The notes under the pieces are model-generated. The model ran no database searches. It worked only from the letters and a program-made list of their open reading frames with translations, and was not told the DNA's origin. 64,000 nucleotides of DNA, from assembly GCA_013416795.1 (NCBI GenBank), contig RQSC01000014.1:287597-351596 (forward strand). Reading direction: 5' to 3'. Position 1 is the stretch's first letter, and every line of letters begins with the position of its first letter. A program made the translations under genes and the position numbers. Origin of the DNA: Prasinococcaceae sp. CCMP 1430. Taxonomy: Eukaryota; Plantae; Prasinodermophyta. Below, piece after piece: positions 9,301-23,141 of the stretch.

Positions 9301-11979
9301 TGGCCGTGCGCGAGCGCCACCAGCCAATCACCTCGAGCATCTTTCCGCTGGCGCGGTTAGCGGCAATGATCTTGGGCTCGTAACCAAGAGACTCGGTGAG
9401 CGTGAGCAGCGCGCTCGACACTGCCGTCGTGACGGCAATGTAGATATTCAGGCCGAAGATCGCGAACGCCGTACCCGACGCTGACATGAGGATCACTAGA
9501 ATGGACATGGCCTTGCTTGCACTGTCCATCATGTTCGCGCTCGTCTGGTACGTGAGCATGGCGGGCTCCGCGCGCATCTTGATGTACGAGTCCGGTGCCA
9601 GCACGCTGAAGCCGTCATCATCCTCGCTCACGCGGTAGTCTGTGTTGCGCAATGCCGTGAGGACCGAGCGGTCGAGAGCAACCTCGCCGACGAGCGTGCT
9701 TTGCAGACGATCGGTGATAATCTGATAACGCTCCGCCAGGATGGCATCGCATTTCTGCGCTGCCACGAAGGCCTCGACGCGCGAGCGATAGGTGTAAAGT
9801 TCCTTGCGCATGGCCTGGGCTGCCGCCGTGAGGATTTTTGCCTTCAGCCCATACTGGAACTTTTGGTTGATGGACACCAGAATTGTGTTGGCGATGGGGG
9901 TGAAGAAGATTATGTGGTCCATGGTGTCGGCGTCATGTGCGGACACGCGCGCGTACACCGAGTCGTTGCGCACCGATACAAGCACCACGATAAACACGGC
10001 GAGGAGCTGGATAGACGCGTACATGTACCAATAGATCTTTCCGAGTCTCGCTGAGTTGCTCTCGAAGATAGCGATGGCCTGATGGACCATCACGGACGCG
10101 CCGGTGGCGTCCTCTACGGGTGGGAGCCGCACGCGCCCATCATCGCCATCGCCGTCGCCCATGAGCGCCGCTCTCACGCCCTTTGCTCTCTTTTGGTCAC
10201 CCCCCAACTTCTCGTCCTTGTCTTCCTTCCCCGGTCCCGCCCCCCTGGCCAGCATGGTCTTGAATAACCGCTCCAGCATCGCCTGTAAAATCTTGCCGTC
10301 GGCGTCGGCTATGCTGATCACTTCAATCACTGCCGATCGAACGATCTCCATGAGCTGACGGAGGCATGCACGCGCGGGTTGCAGGTGCGAGTGCGGGCGC
10401 ACGGAGAATGAGATGGGAGGGCATTTTTGAGGGCGGGGGTTCGGCGACGGCTGTCAGTGGGCTGGATCGGGCGAGCACGGCGCACGAGCGAGCGAGCGCT
10501 GCGCGCTCGCGTGCACGCGTGCAGGATCGCGCGCAAATTGCGCGCGGGTGCGTTCGTTGCTCTCACCTTGGGATTGGGCACGAAGTGGTTGGCGTTCTCC
10601 TTCTGCGAGGCCCAAGCAATGGCGTCCGCTGCGCCACCCGTTCCCTTCACGATCACCAGCGGCCACCCACGCCTCACGCACGCAAGAGTCTCCTCGATGG
10701 CGGCCTCGGCACCGCTCACAAGCACACCCACCACAGGCAGTGGACCCGCGCCACGCGCGTTGCGGGCGAGCACGGCCTCAATCACGCGAAAACGCAGCTG
10801 CCGTGCCCCCACCTCGTCGTCCGTGGCGGCCATAACCACGTGCGAGTGGCCTGGGTGCACGCCGAGGCGCAGCTCGCGGCCTTTTGCCCCGTGGTTTGGC
10901 CTCGGGTCGCCCGGCCACGTGGCGCGTGACATGGGCACCACGCCGACCACGGGCATCTTGTTGCCCCGGTCCATGGCGGCACGGCCCATGTAGGCCACCG
11001 GCCCGCGGTCGATGCCCGCCGTGAAGACAGCCGCGTGCACCGACTCGGCCGCGCGCGCGAGCCCGCGGGAGAACATGAGAGACAGTCTCGAGCTCGCCTC
11101 CGTCTTGGTCACAGCTGCGGTCAGCCCGCCGAAGTGCTCAACGTAATTGGGGTCGCGTGCCACGCGGCCGTCGTGCTCGGCAATCTGCCTGTCGAGCAGG
11201 TCCGAGTCACCGATGACGGTGATGACACCTTGCACACCCGCGGTCGAGCCCTGCTCCTGCCGTATGAAGCCGCGCAGATCGAGCGTGGCGGCCACGCTCT
11301 CCGCAGTGTCGCTGTCGCACACGGCCACCGCCAGGCTGGTGCGCATTTCCATGTCTTTCGGCTGCCAGCGAATCTTTGATGTCGGCAGCAGCGGCGATGG
11401 TGCTGCGGCCGCGCGCGCCGGCGCAACGGTGCTGCCGGCATCGTATCCCGCGCTGTTGCTGTCGTCAGCGCCCTTGCCTTCTTCGTCAGCGACGCCTTCG
11501 GGATTCACCCGGCGTGAAAACAACTTGCTGAGAAGCCTGGGGACAGGCTTTTGGGGGGATGAGGGCGCTGGCGTGGGGTCGGCGCCGGCTTGAGTGTCGA
11601 ATGGCGTCGGCGGTGGCAGCGCTGATGCATCGACGTCCACGCCGGCAGCGGCGGCGGCATCGAGTGGGTCAGTACGTGCAGCCGAGCCCACGTCGGTAGC
11701 GCTCCCTCCCTTCTCTATAGGAGCTCCATCGATCCGGCTTTCCACAAGATATCCAGGCTCCACTCCGGCCTCTTTAGCTGCATGCAACTCGTGCGCAACC
11801 TCCTCCGCAACAGGTGCGACGCCTCCCTCGTCCATGCCTGGCGCGTCGACGGCAGCGTCGGGATCGGCGCGGCTAATAGATAGGTTCGCAGATTCCGTTG
11901 AAAGGGGTGCGACGCCCTCCGCGTCCACGCGCGGTACGTCTGCCGCACTCTCGGTGGGAAGCCCGCCGCCTCCCGGCAT
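6317..11979 (-). CDS. ~1816-aa membrane protein with duplicated [SLOG/LSDAT - SLATT(DUF4231-like) - SLATT - helical tail] modules; join(complement 10567..11979, 6317..10354)
   Basis: Intron 10355-10566 (GTGAGA...ACTGAC...TCAG, phase 0) joins the two long ORFs as PNPK|LMEIVR. There are two SLOG-like domains (GWPLVIVKGTGGAAD and GWPLVCIKGSGGVAD) and four hydrophobic 2-TM hairpins with LYTYRSRV/IYRWRTRTGEY and LAPDSYIKMR/LSPEDYIELR motifs. Confidence 0.82.
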
Positions 11980-12365
11980 GTCGGTGGCTGCGGCACTGCG
12001 GTCAATTGAGAGCGCCAACAGGGCTCGATTCCTGCCCTTGATGCTTTCCCAGTGGCGCTGGCTGCGCAAGTACGCCAGGTTGAAGAGCGGGACTTGGCGC
12101 GTGCGTGCGAGCACGCGCTAAAACGGCGCTGGTCCCTCGGGCGGCGGGGTCCGGAGGGCGGGTGGGTGTGGAGGACGCGCGCGCGGGGTGGGTGGGGGAT
12201 GGGTGAGGGAGCGGCGCGCCTGCACTCTTTTCCCCAACGGTCGCGCCGCGCGCCGCGCCGGCGGGCGCCGGCGCGCCCCCCCGGGTTCGAAAATCGCGCC
12301 GCGCCAGGTTTACTGTAGGGTCCAGACTTTGCGGGTTGTGGGAGGGGATGCGGCCGTGCGCCCGC

Positions 12366-12395
12366 GCGATGCGATGCGATGCGATGCGATGCGAT
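12366..12395. repeat. (GCGAT)6 microsatellite between HSP90 and the SLOG-SLATT gene
   Basis: Six perfect GCGAT copies read directly from the sequence. Confidence 0.95.
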
Positions 12396-12602
12396 GCGGG
12401 TGCCGTGCCATGCCATCGCCACATGCCACGAGCGCGCGGCCGCGCTGCGCCGGACGCACGTCTTGGGTGCGGCCGTGCGGTGAGGTGAGGGGTGGGCACA
12501 GAGGGATGCGGGGGCGCCTGCGTGTGCTAGTACTATGTAATGAACAGTGCTTTAAAGGCCCCCTGTGATGGAGACAACTGGAGAGCACGGCCGGCAATGC
12601 GC

Positions 12603-15520
<2,918 letters not shown>

Positions 15521-15807
15521 GTCCGAGGCGCGACCCTCCGGCACACGCGGCTTCCATTGTTCAAAATGCATGTGATTTTGGGTGGAAATAAACCCTAAAA
15601 GAGCATGACCCGTTCTGATGCGACCGTGTGCAGCGCAGTGTCATGTGCGTGCGCGCGTGTCTGGGTGGGGGGAGGCGTGACACCCCCCTGCGTGTGCACC
15701 CGCGCGGGCGAGCGTGTCGAACGCCCCGAGCCTTCCTCAGTCCACAGCGCGCGCGCGCGCGAGGGCGCGCTGCCCCGCGGGCGCTCGGCCCGTGCCCCCG
15801 CCGACCC

Positions 15808-16233
15808 NNNNNNNNNNNNNNNNNNNNNNNNNNNNNNNNNNNNNNNNNNNNNNNNNNNNNNNNNNNNNNNNNNNNNNNNNNNNNNNNNNNNNNNNNNNNN
15901 NNNNNNNNNNNNNNNNNNNNNNNNNNNNNNNNNNNNNNNNNNNNNNNNNNNNNNNNNNNNNNNNNNNNNNNNNNNNNNNNNNNNNNNNNNNNNNNNNNNN
16001 NNNNNNNNNNNNNNNNNNNNNNNNNNNNNNNNNNNNNNNNNNNNNNNNNNNNNNNNNNNNNNNNNNNNNNNNNNNNNNNNNNNNNNNNNNNNNNNNNNNN
16101 NNNNNNNNNNNNNNNNNNNNNNNNNNNNNNNNNNNNNNNNNNNNNNNNNNNNNNNNNNNNNNNNNNNNNNNNNNNNNNNNNNNNNNNNNNNNNNNNNNNN
16201 NNNNNNNNNNNNNNNNNNNNNNNNNNNNNNNNN
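15808..16233. other. Assembly gap
   Basis: Run of N. Confidence 1.
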
Positions 16234-16341
16234 TCGCCGTCGCCCTCGACGCAGCCCGCGGCGGCGCCCGCCGCCCGCCGCCTCACGCGGGGTCTTCCAC
16301 CCCCATCCCGCCCGCCTTGCCTCCCTCTCCCGCCCGGCGCC

Positions 16342-19300
16342 ATGACGCGCGCGCGCGTGTGCGCCCGCGTGCGCGCGCGGCGTTCCGACGAAGAGGACGG
16401 CTTCGACGAGGCGGTGCGCGTGCTCGCCGCGGAGGCCCACGCCTCGAACGCGGACGGCGCCGGCGCGCCGCAAAGCAGGGGGGGGGTCGTCGAGCTCAGG
16501 AAGGTGCGAGAGAAGTGCGCGTGCTCGCGCCAATCGGCGCGTGGCAGCGGCGCTCCCTGGACCCCTGAACGCCCTCGCGCGCTGACGCCCTCGCCCCCAA
16601 CCTCCACGCAACCCACGTCACCACAACTTCCCACCCCCAAACGCCGCTGCGCGACGCGACGACCGGCGCCGACGCCCTCCCGCCGCGCAACGCCCTCCCG
16701 CCGCGCCACGCAACACACCAACGCCAACAACGACGCCGGCGGCGACGACACCCGACACACAGACCCGATTCGGACAGGTCGAGCGCCACCAGCTTGACGC
16801 GGCCGTGTGCGCCTCGGACGGCCCGGCGGCGCTCTTTCGCGCAGCTGGTGCGCCCGCGGCGGCCGCCGCGCTAGCGGGCGCCGCCCCCGGCTGCGTGCTC
16901 GTGTGCGGCCACGGCGGAGCGGCTGCAGGCACGCGCTCAGCGTTCGAGGAGCTCCTGGGCGGCGCGGTCGGCGCGCTTTTCGACGCGGCAGGGGCGGAGG
17001 CCAGCGCACTCGCCACTACGATCTCGGTGAGCTACGTGGCGCTGCTCGAGGACGGCAAGGCGCGTGACCTGCTCGCCCCGGGCAGCGCGCCGCTCGAGGC
17101 CACACCGGCTACCCCCGCGGATGCCGCTCTCTCTTCAGGCGACGCCCTCGCGACCAGCCCAAGCGCGAAACGCCCCCCCCCAGCCGGGGGCTTTGACTTC
17201 TCCCGCTCCTTTCCCGGCGTGTACGCCCAGGAGGTCAGCTCGGGCGCCGACTGCCTCGACCTGGTCGCCGCCGCCGAGGAGTTCCGCGGCGTGACGCTCG
17301 CCCGCGCGGGCGCGAGTGCGAACAGCACCCACGGCGTGCTTGCACTGACCGTCACCCGGCGAGCGACGCGGAGGACGCGCGCCTCGGGGCTGGCGGCGGC
17401 CGCCGCCGCCGCCGCTACTGCCAACAGCAGCCCGTCGCAGACTCCGATGAGCAGCCCGCACAGCGACGAATCGCCCAAACGCGTGGAAAGCACCAGAGCC
17501 GCCCTGGTGCTCGTGGAGATGGCAACGGACGAATCGGGCGGGCAGACCATGGAGGCCTTGCGTGGCGCGCTCGCCGCGCGCGCGGCAGGTTCGAGCGATG
17601 CCGTCGGTGACCCGTGGGGCGCGTCCCCACTGACGTCGTCGCTGCGCGGCGTGCTCGGCGACGGCGCCGCCACGACCGTGCTGGTGTGCGTGGCGCCGAC
17701 CGCTGGTGACGAGGATGCCAGCGCTCGATCACTCCGATTCGCTGCGGCATGCGCGGGCAGGGAGGACGTGGCGGGCATCGCCGCAGATCTCTACGACCGG
17801 CAGCGCCAGCCAGGCGATGGATCCAACGCTCCTACTGCCGCATTTGTGACGACTCCGAGCGACGAGGCGGCTCGTGCTCCCTTGCGCTCCCCCTCCAACG
17901 CCCTGTCAAGCGCCGAGAGAGAGCGAAAGCAAGGGACTAAGAAGCGGACGGAGCTACCGCTGGGAGGAGTGCATCATCAGCACCAGAGCTCCAGCCAGCA
18001 GCCCGTGGTCGTGCCAAGCTCCGAGGGTGCAAACGACGCGGTCACCGAGACGTTGGACTCACCCGGCAGCAGCTCCCCGACAGCAGCGGGAAAAATTGTC
18101 CCCGCCTTCTCGCCGGCCCCGCCCCCCGCGCGGACTCTGAGCTCGATGTCCGCGCCGGCCTTCATTAACGAAACCCTGCCGCCCAAGGAGAGCCTGTCGT
18201 CGGTGCCCTCCGGCGGGACGCTGAAGACTTGCTCCGAAACTGGCAGCGTGGTGGAACACCCCAGCCCTGCCACTGGGAGCGTCAGCGGTGATCCGCCGCG
18301 CGACGACGACATCGTCACGAACCAAGCAGCGGGCAGCGTCGTCTATTTCGCGGACGAGCACGCGCCTGGAGAAAGGCAGCCCCCCCTCCCCTTGGCGAGC
18401 GACGTCGCAGAGGAAGTCAACATCGATGGTACGGACGACGAGTCTCTCCACCTCGACCCCACACTTCACTTCGATCCGCGAGCGGCCGCCGACCATGACC
18501 CGTCCGCGTACGCGCCCTCTGCTGAGGCGGTGGCCGCGGTGCTCGAGCGCAACGCGCAACTCGAGGCCGAGCTCGAGGCGCTGTGCGAACGGCTGGACGC
18601 GAAGCACGACGGCACGTCAAGGCGCACAGCCAGCCGCACCAACGCGCCCGGAGGAGGCGACTCGGAGGACGCGCCAGCCGGCCATCACAACAGCGACAGC
18701 AGCCGCCCGGCGTCGGTGCGCTCCGGGGTGCTCACGCCCAGGTCGTCGGGCTCGGAGGACGGCGCCTCCAGCGCGCGAGAATACCCCCGGCATCAGTCAC
18801 AGCTCCACCACAGAGGCCAACCGCAGGATCAACAAACGTCGCGGCGAGCGCTGCGCGCGCTGCGCGCGCGCCTCGCGGAGGCCGAGGCGGCGCTGGCGTC
18901 CGCCTCGCGCCGCCACGAGCGCGAACTGCGCGAGCTCAAGGAGGGCTTCCGACGCGGCCTCGCCGCGCGCGACGCCGAACTGGCCGAAGTCACGGGAGCG
19001 CTCGCGCACTTCGAGGAGCGCTCGGCGAGCGCGCTGGGGGCCGGCGGTCGATCCGCGGACGAGCTGCTGCGCGCCCTCGAAAACGAGAAGGCCGCGCATG
19101 AGCGCAGCCGTAGGCAGCTGGCCGTGCTCACCCAGATCGCGCTCGGCGCCGGCAAGAGCCGCGGCGAGAGGGAGCGTGGCGGCGGCGGGCGCAAGGGAGG
19201 CAAGGGCATGGGCGGGATCATGGGCTTCGGCTCGCCCGATGTGCGCGGCGGCCGCCGGTCCGGCATGGGCGGCACCGGCGGCAATCGCGGCGGCGCGGAG

Positions 19301-20488
19301 CGCGGCGGTCGCATGCTGTCCGAGGCTGCGCTGCAAGGCCTGGTCCATGACACCGAGGAACGCGCCGAGGTTCACGACAAGGCCATCGCCGAGCACAAGC
19401 AGATCATCAACATGCTTGTCGAGGAGGGCGAAGGTCTCAAGGCTCAGCTCAGCCAGGCGACGTCCGTGCTGGAACGCACCGGCGTCGACACGCTGCTGCG
19501 GCTGCTCCGCAAGGATGGAAACGAGGACAACGCCACGCGTCGCGCCGCTGCCAAGGCGCTCGCGAATATTTGCGCTCGTGCCGCGGGCGCCCGTGAGGTG
19601 CTCGCAGCGCAAGGCGTTGCGGCGCTCTCCGCGCATTTGGCCGACGATTCCACGGACGAGGCGCTGCGCCGTCTTGCCGCTGGCGCCCTGGCCAATCTCG
19701 CCATGTTCCCCGAGGGGCGCAGCGAGATGCTCGGTTTCAGCGCCCGCGTCGCCGACGGCGGGAGTGCCGAGCACGCTGCCAACGCGGGCGCAGGTCGCCC
19801 GACCCGCGCGCACGCCACCGCGGCGCTCTCGGCGCTCTGCGGCGCCGCGTACTCGTCAGCAGACGTCCACGTGCTTCGCATGGTCGCCGGTGCGCTCGCC
19901 AATCTCGCGGGAGGCGAGGGAGAGGGAGCGATGGAGGCCCGGCAGGCCGTGCTAGAGGGCGGGGGCCTGCGCGCACTCGTGGCACTCGCGAGCTCGGGCC
20001 ACCCGGACGTGCTCGCGCAGGTCGCACGCGGTCTCGCCAACTTTGTCGTGGGCAAGGAGGAGGGACCCGCGAGTGCGGCGCCGAGCGAGGGCAAGCCAGC
20101 AGACGCAACCACCGCCTCTACCACCGCCACAAGCGCCGACGCGCTCGACCCTGTCAGCCCGGGCGTCAGGGCAGGCGCGTGGCCCGGCGAGGCGCTCATG
20201 CACGCGGGCGCGCTGCCGGCGCTCGTGACGATGGCGTCGAGCCACACCATCAGCGTGAAGAGGCATGCGGCGCTCGCCCTTTTCAATCTCGCGGCGAAGG
20301 GCGGTGCGCCCGCCGCCGCGCGCCTCGTCGGCGCCGGCGCGCTTGAGCCGCTCGTTGAGATGCGCAAGTGCGAGCGCCCCGACGTGGCCAAACTGGCGGA
20401 GCGCGCCGTGGGTGCGCTCCGCGACGCCGATCCGAGCGTTCGCGGCAGAGTCGCGCTCCTGTTGGACGTCGAAGGCACGCAGCAATGA
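16342..20488 (+). CDS. Armadillo-repeat kinesin (ARK)-like protein with degenerate motor domain, join(16342..16503,16778..20488)
   Basis: N-terminal RVCARVR is a kinesin start. The intron runs GTGCGA 16504 to AG 16777, with an in-frame alternative AG at 16762. A coiled coil is followed by ARM repeats RRLAAGALANLAM, LRMVAGALANL and GHPDVLAQVARGLANF, which resemble plant ARK tails. Confidence 0.8.
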
Positions 20489-20714
20489 CTTTCGACGCAC
20501 CCGCGACGCACTCTCGCCTCGAGCATGCACGCACGCACGCTCGACCGCGTGCCTCACAACGACGCCTGCGGACATCACACCACATTCCACGCCCCACCCG
20601 CGCACTTCGAAGTACAGTACTGAAGCGCAATCCACACCGCACCACACGCCGACCTGTATCACACGCATCGCCCCACCACTCCCATGTACACTGGTACAGT
20701 AAGACTACTGCACA

Positions 20715-20719
20715 TGTAA
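20715..20719 (+). terminator. TGTAA green-algal poly(A) signal downstream of the ARK-like gene
   Basis: The same pentamer follows other plus-strand stops at 25038, 52578 and 62336. UGUAA is the known chlorophyte poly(A) element. Confidence 0.55.
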
Positions 20720-20896
20720 TTGAATTGCAATTGCGCATGACACAATCTGTGAAGGCTCACCGCGCTGTTCCCGCTGCCGCGCAGTTCATAAGGGTTTAGG
20801 ATAGCGCGGCCGCGGCGCGCGGCATGGCGCGGCTGGGTGCGGGGGTGGGCGGTTTGCCTCTTACTGTTGTATATTCGTTCTTGTACAATTTTGCAG

Positions 20897-21893
20897 GTTC
20901 CTTGTCGCGCGCCGTGCGCCGCGGGCGGGCGCTACGGTGGCGACCGCACCCGTGTCGGCGGACGCACCTGAGCCGCGCACGCGCGGCGAGCTCATCTGGG
21001 CGGCCGTGAAGCTGCCCATTTACTCGGTGGCGCTCGCGCCCATCTGCGTGGGCAGCGCGGCGGCGTACGCAGCTACCGGTGGTGCCGTGGACGGCGGTCG
21101 CATCGCGGGCGTCGTGGCGAGCAGCGTGGCTGTCATCGCGTGGCTCAACTTGAGCAACGACGGCCACGACGCGGACACTGGGGTCGACGCTGGCGGTGCC
21201 AAGCCTGAGTCCGTGGTCAACCTCTTCGGCGGCGCGAGCACAGTGCTGCGCGTGGCGTACGCGCTGCTCGCGCTCGGTTGCGCGGGTCTCCTCCGAGCAG
21301 CCGTGTCCGCGGGGGACGCGCGGATAGCCATGCTGCTCGCGGCTGCCATCGCATGCGGGTACGTCTACCAATGCCCCCCGTTCAGGTGGAGCTACAAGGG
21401 CGTTGGCGAGCCGCTGTGCTTCGCGGCCTTCGGGCCGCTCGCAACGTCGGCCTTCTACCTGTGCGCGGTGGCTGGGCACGAGCCCACGCTCGTGCTGCCT
21501 CCGGTCACGGCCGCCGCTGGCGCCGCCGCGGCGATGGTCGGCATGACGACCACAGCCATCCTGCTCTGCTCGCACTTCCACCAGAGGGATGGCGACATGG
21601 CCGCGGGCAAGAAGTCGCCAGTCGTGCGGCTGGGCACCGCGACTGCAGCCGACGTGCTGACTTCTGGCACGCTGCTTGCGCACAGCGTGGCGGTGGGCGC
21701 GTGCGCGGCGGGCGTACTACCCTGGGCCGCCGCGGCTGCGGTCGCAGCGTGCGCCCCGCTCGCGTTCAATATGGTGCGCTTCGTGCGGAGGCATCACGAC
21801 GTGCCCGAGGTGGTCTTCAGAGCCAAGTTCCTTGCGGTGCGGTGGCACGTTGCCATGGCGGTGTGCCTGTCGCTGGCGCTCGCGCTGGGCTAG
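20897..21893 (+). CDS. menA: DHNA phytyl/prenyltransferase (MenA/ABC4, phylloquinone synthesis); 5' exon unresolved
   Basis: UbiA-family motifs WAAVKLPIYSVAL, NLSNDGHDADTGVD, YQCPPFRWSYKGVGE and SHFHQRDGDMAAGKKSPVVRLG. A likely acceptor TTGCAG ends at 20896. Confidence 0.9.
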
Positions 21894-22050
21894 AGAGAGG
21901 GTGGTGTCAAAATAATCATAATTAGTCCAACGGCCCTCGCAACCGAGTGGCCGTGCGTCGCGCATGTCCGGCGCGCGCCTCCGCGAGCTCGCGCGCTCGT
22001 CGAGTGCGTGCCGTCCGCGCGCCGATATGGTAGCGGAGCTTTCACTCGGG

Positions 22051-22623
22051 TCAGACCGCGAGCGCCTCTTTCAGCGGCGACCACAGCTTGTCCATCCACG
22101 GCTCGAGCGCCTCCTCGAGGCCCTCCGCCTCGTTGCACTCGCAGCGCGACACGAATCGTGTCGCGCCGCACTTTGCGAGCTGGCCGTCCATCTGCTGGCC
22201 CACGCGGTTGCAGTCCTTCGCCGTCGTGGTCTGCCTATCCAGCAGCAAGTTCGTGTCGCCGATGGCCACGACGGCGAACTTGAGGCCGGCGAACGCACTC
22301 ACGTACGGGCATTTTGTACCGCACTGCGGGTTTGGGCGCGACGTGCGCGTGCTGCAGTAGTCGCACCTGCGCGCCTTGAGCAGCTGCGAGACGCAGCGCT
22401 CCGCCTGGGGCGCCGGCGCGTTGTTCTCGTGCGTCTCGAGCACAAGCAGCGCCACGGTCGACCCGGGCGCGCCTTCGAGCGCCTCAACGCACTTCTTGTG
22501 CTCGTCCATCGCCATCAGCGCCGCCGTGCACGAGCACTTTGCGGCCGCGCCGGCGGCGAGCTGCTTCGCCACCTCCTCGCTCGCCTCGCCGCCGTAGAGC
22601 ACCACCAGCGAGCGTGCGGCCAT
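22051..22623 (-). CDS. Stand-alone flavodoxin-like protein
   Basis: Flavodoxin fold pattern SLVVLYG...SEEVAK, LVLETHENNAP, FAVVAIGD and LEEALEPW. A Cys-rich insert or 69-nt in-frame intron lies at 22298-22366. Confidence 0.7.
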   Translation of the reverse strand: MAARSLVVLYGGEASEEVAKQLAAGAAAKCSCTAALMAMDEHKKCVEALEGAPGSTVALLVLETHENNAPAPQAERCVSQLLKARRCDYCSTRTSRPNPQCGTKCPYVSAFAGLKFAVVAIGDTNLLLDRQTTTAKDCNRVGQQMDGQLAKCGATRFVSRCECNEAEGLEEALEPWMDKLWSPLKEALAV

Positions 22624-23141
22624 CGCGCGCGGAGGCCGCTTCGACGCGCGCGGTCCGCCGCGGAGGAGGCGCTCCCCCCCCCCAGCCCCCCGACGCGCAA
22701 GCGCACCCGCGCGCACCCCGGCGCACCCGCGCGCACCCGCGACGCCGCGCTTGTGTGGCCCTCGCTCGTCCACACCGAGCCGGCCTGCCTACCGAGCTGC
22801 TTAGCGTGCGTCCCCATTCGTCTCACCTCAAATGCATAATGTAATATAGGGTTTAATGTACCCACGGGAGATGTCTCACACGTCAAATACGAAGAAACCG
22901 TCGCGCTCCGCCGCGGTTCCACCTCGGCGCGCGGAGGGGGGGGGGGGGAGGGGGGGAAGAAGGGGCGGCACATGCCACGCGGCATGCGAAGGTGGGGTGA
23001 GGCGAGGAGGAGGGGGTAGAGGTAGCAGGCGGCGCTCGGGCGCGCACGTGGCGGACCGCGGGTCGGGCGAGGGGTTTGGCTGTGCTGCCGCAGGCGTCTG
23101 CGGTGGCGCAGGAGCGCGGGGTGAGAGGACGCGCGGTCGCG

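Noticed and set aside
6317-11979. Recent horizontal transfer of the SLOG-SLATT gene inferred from composition
   Set aside because: It has a host-type intron, and its looser codon bias looks similar to other low-expression genes here (DNAAF5, MYBBP1A). Origin needs a phylogeny.
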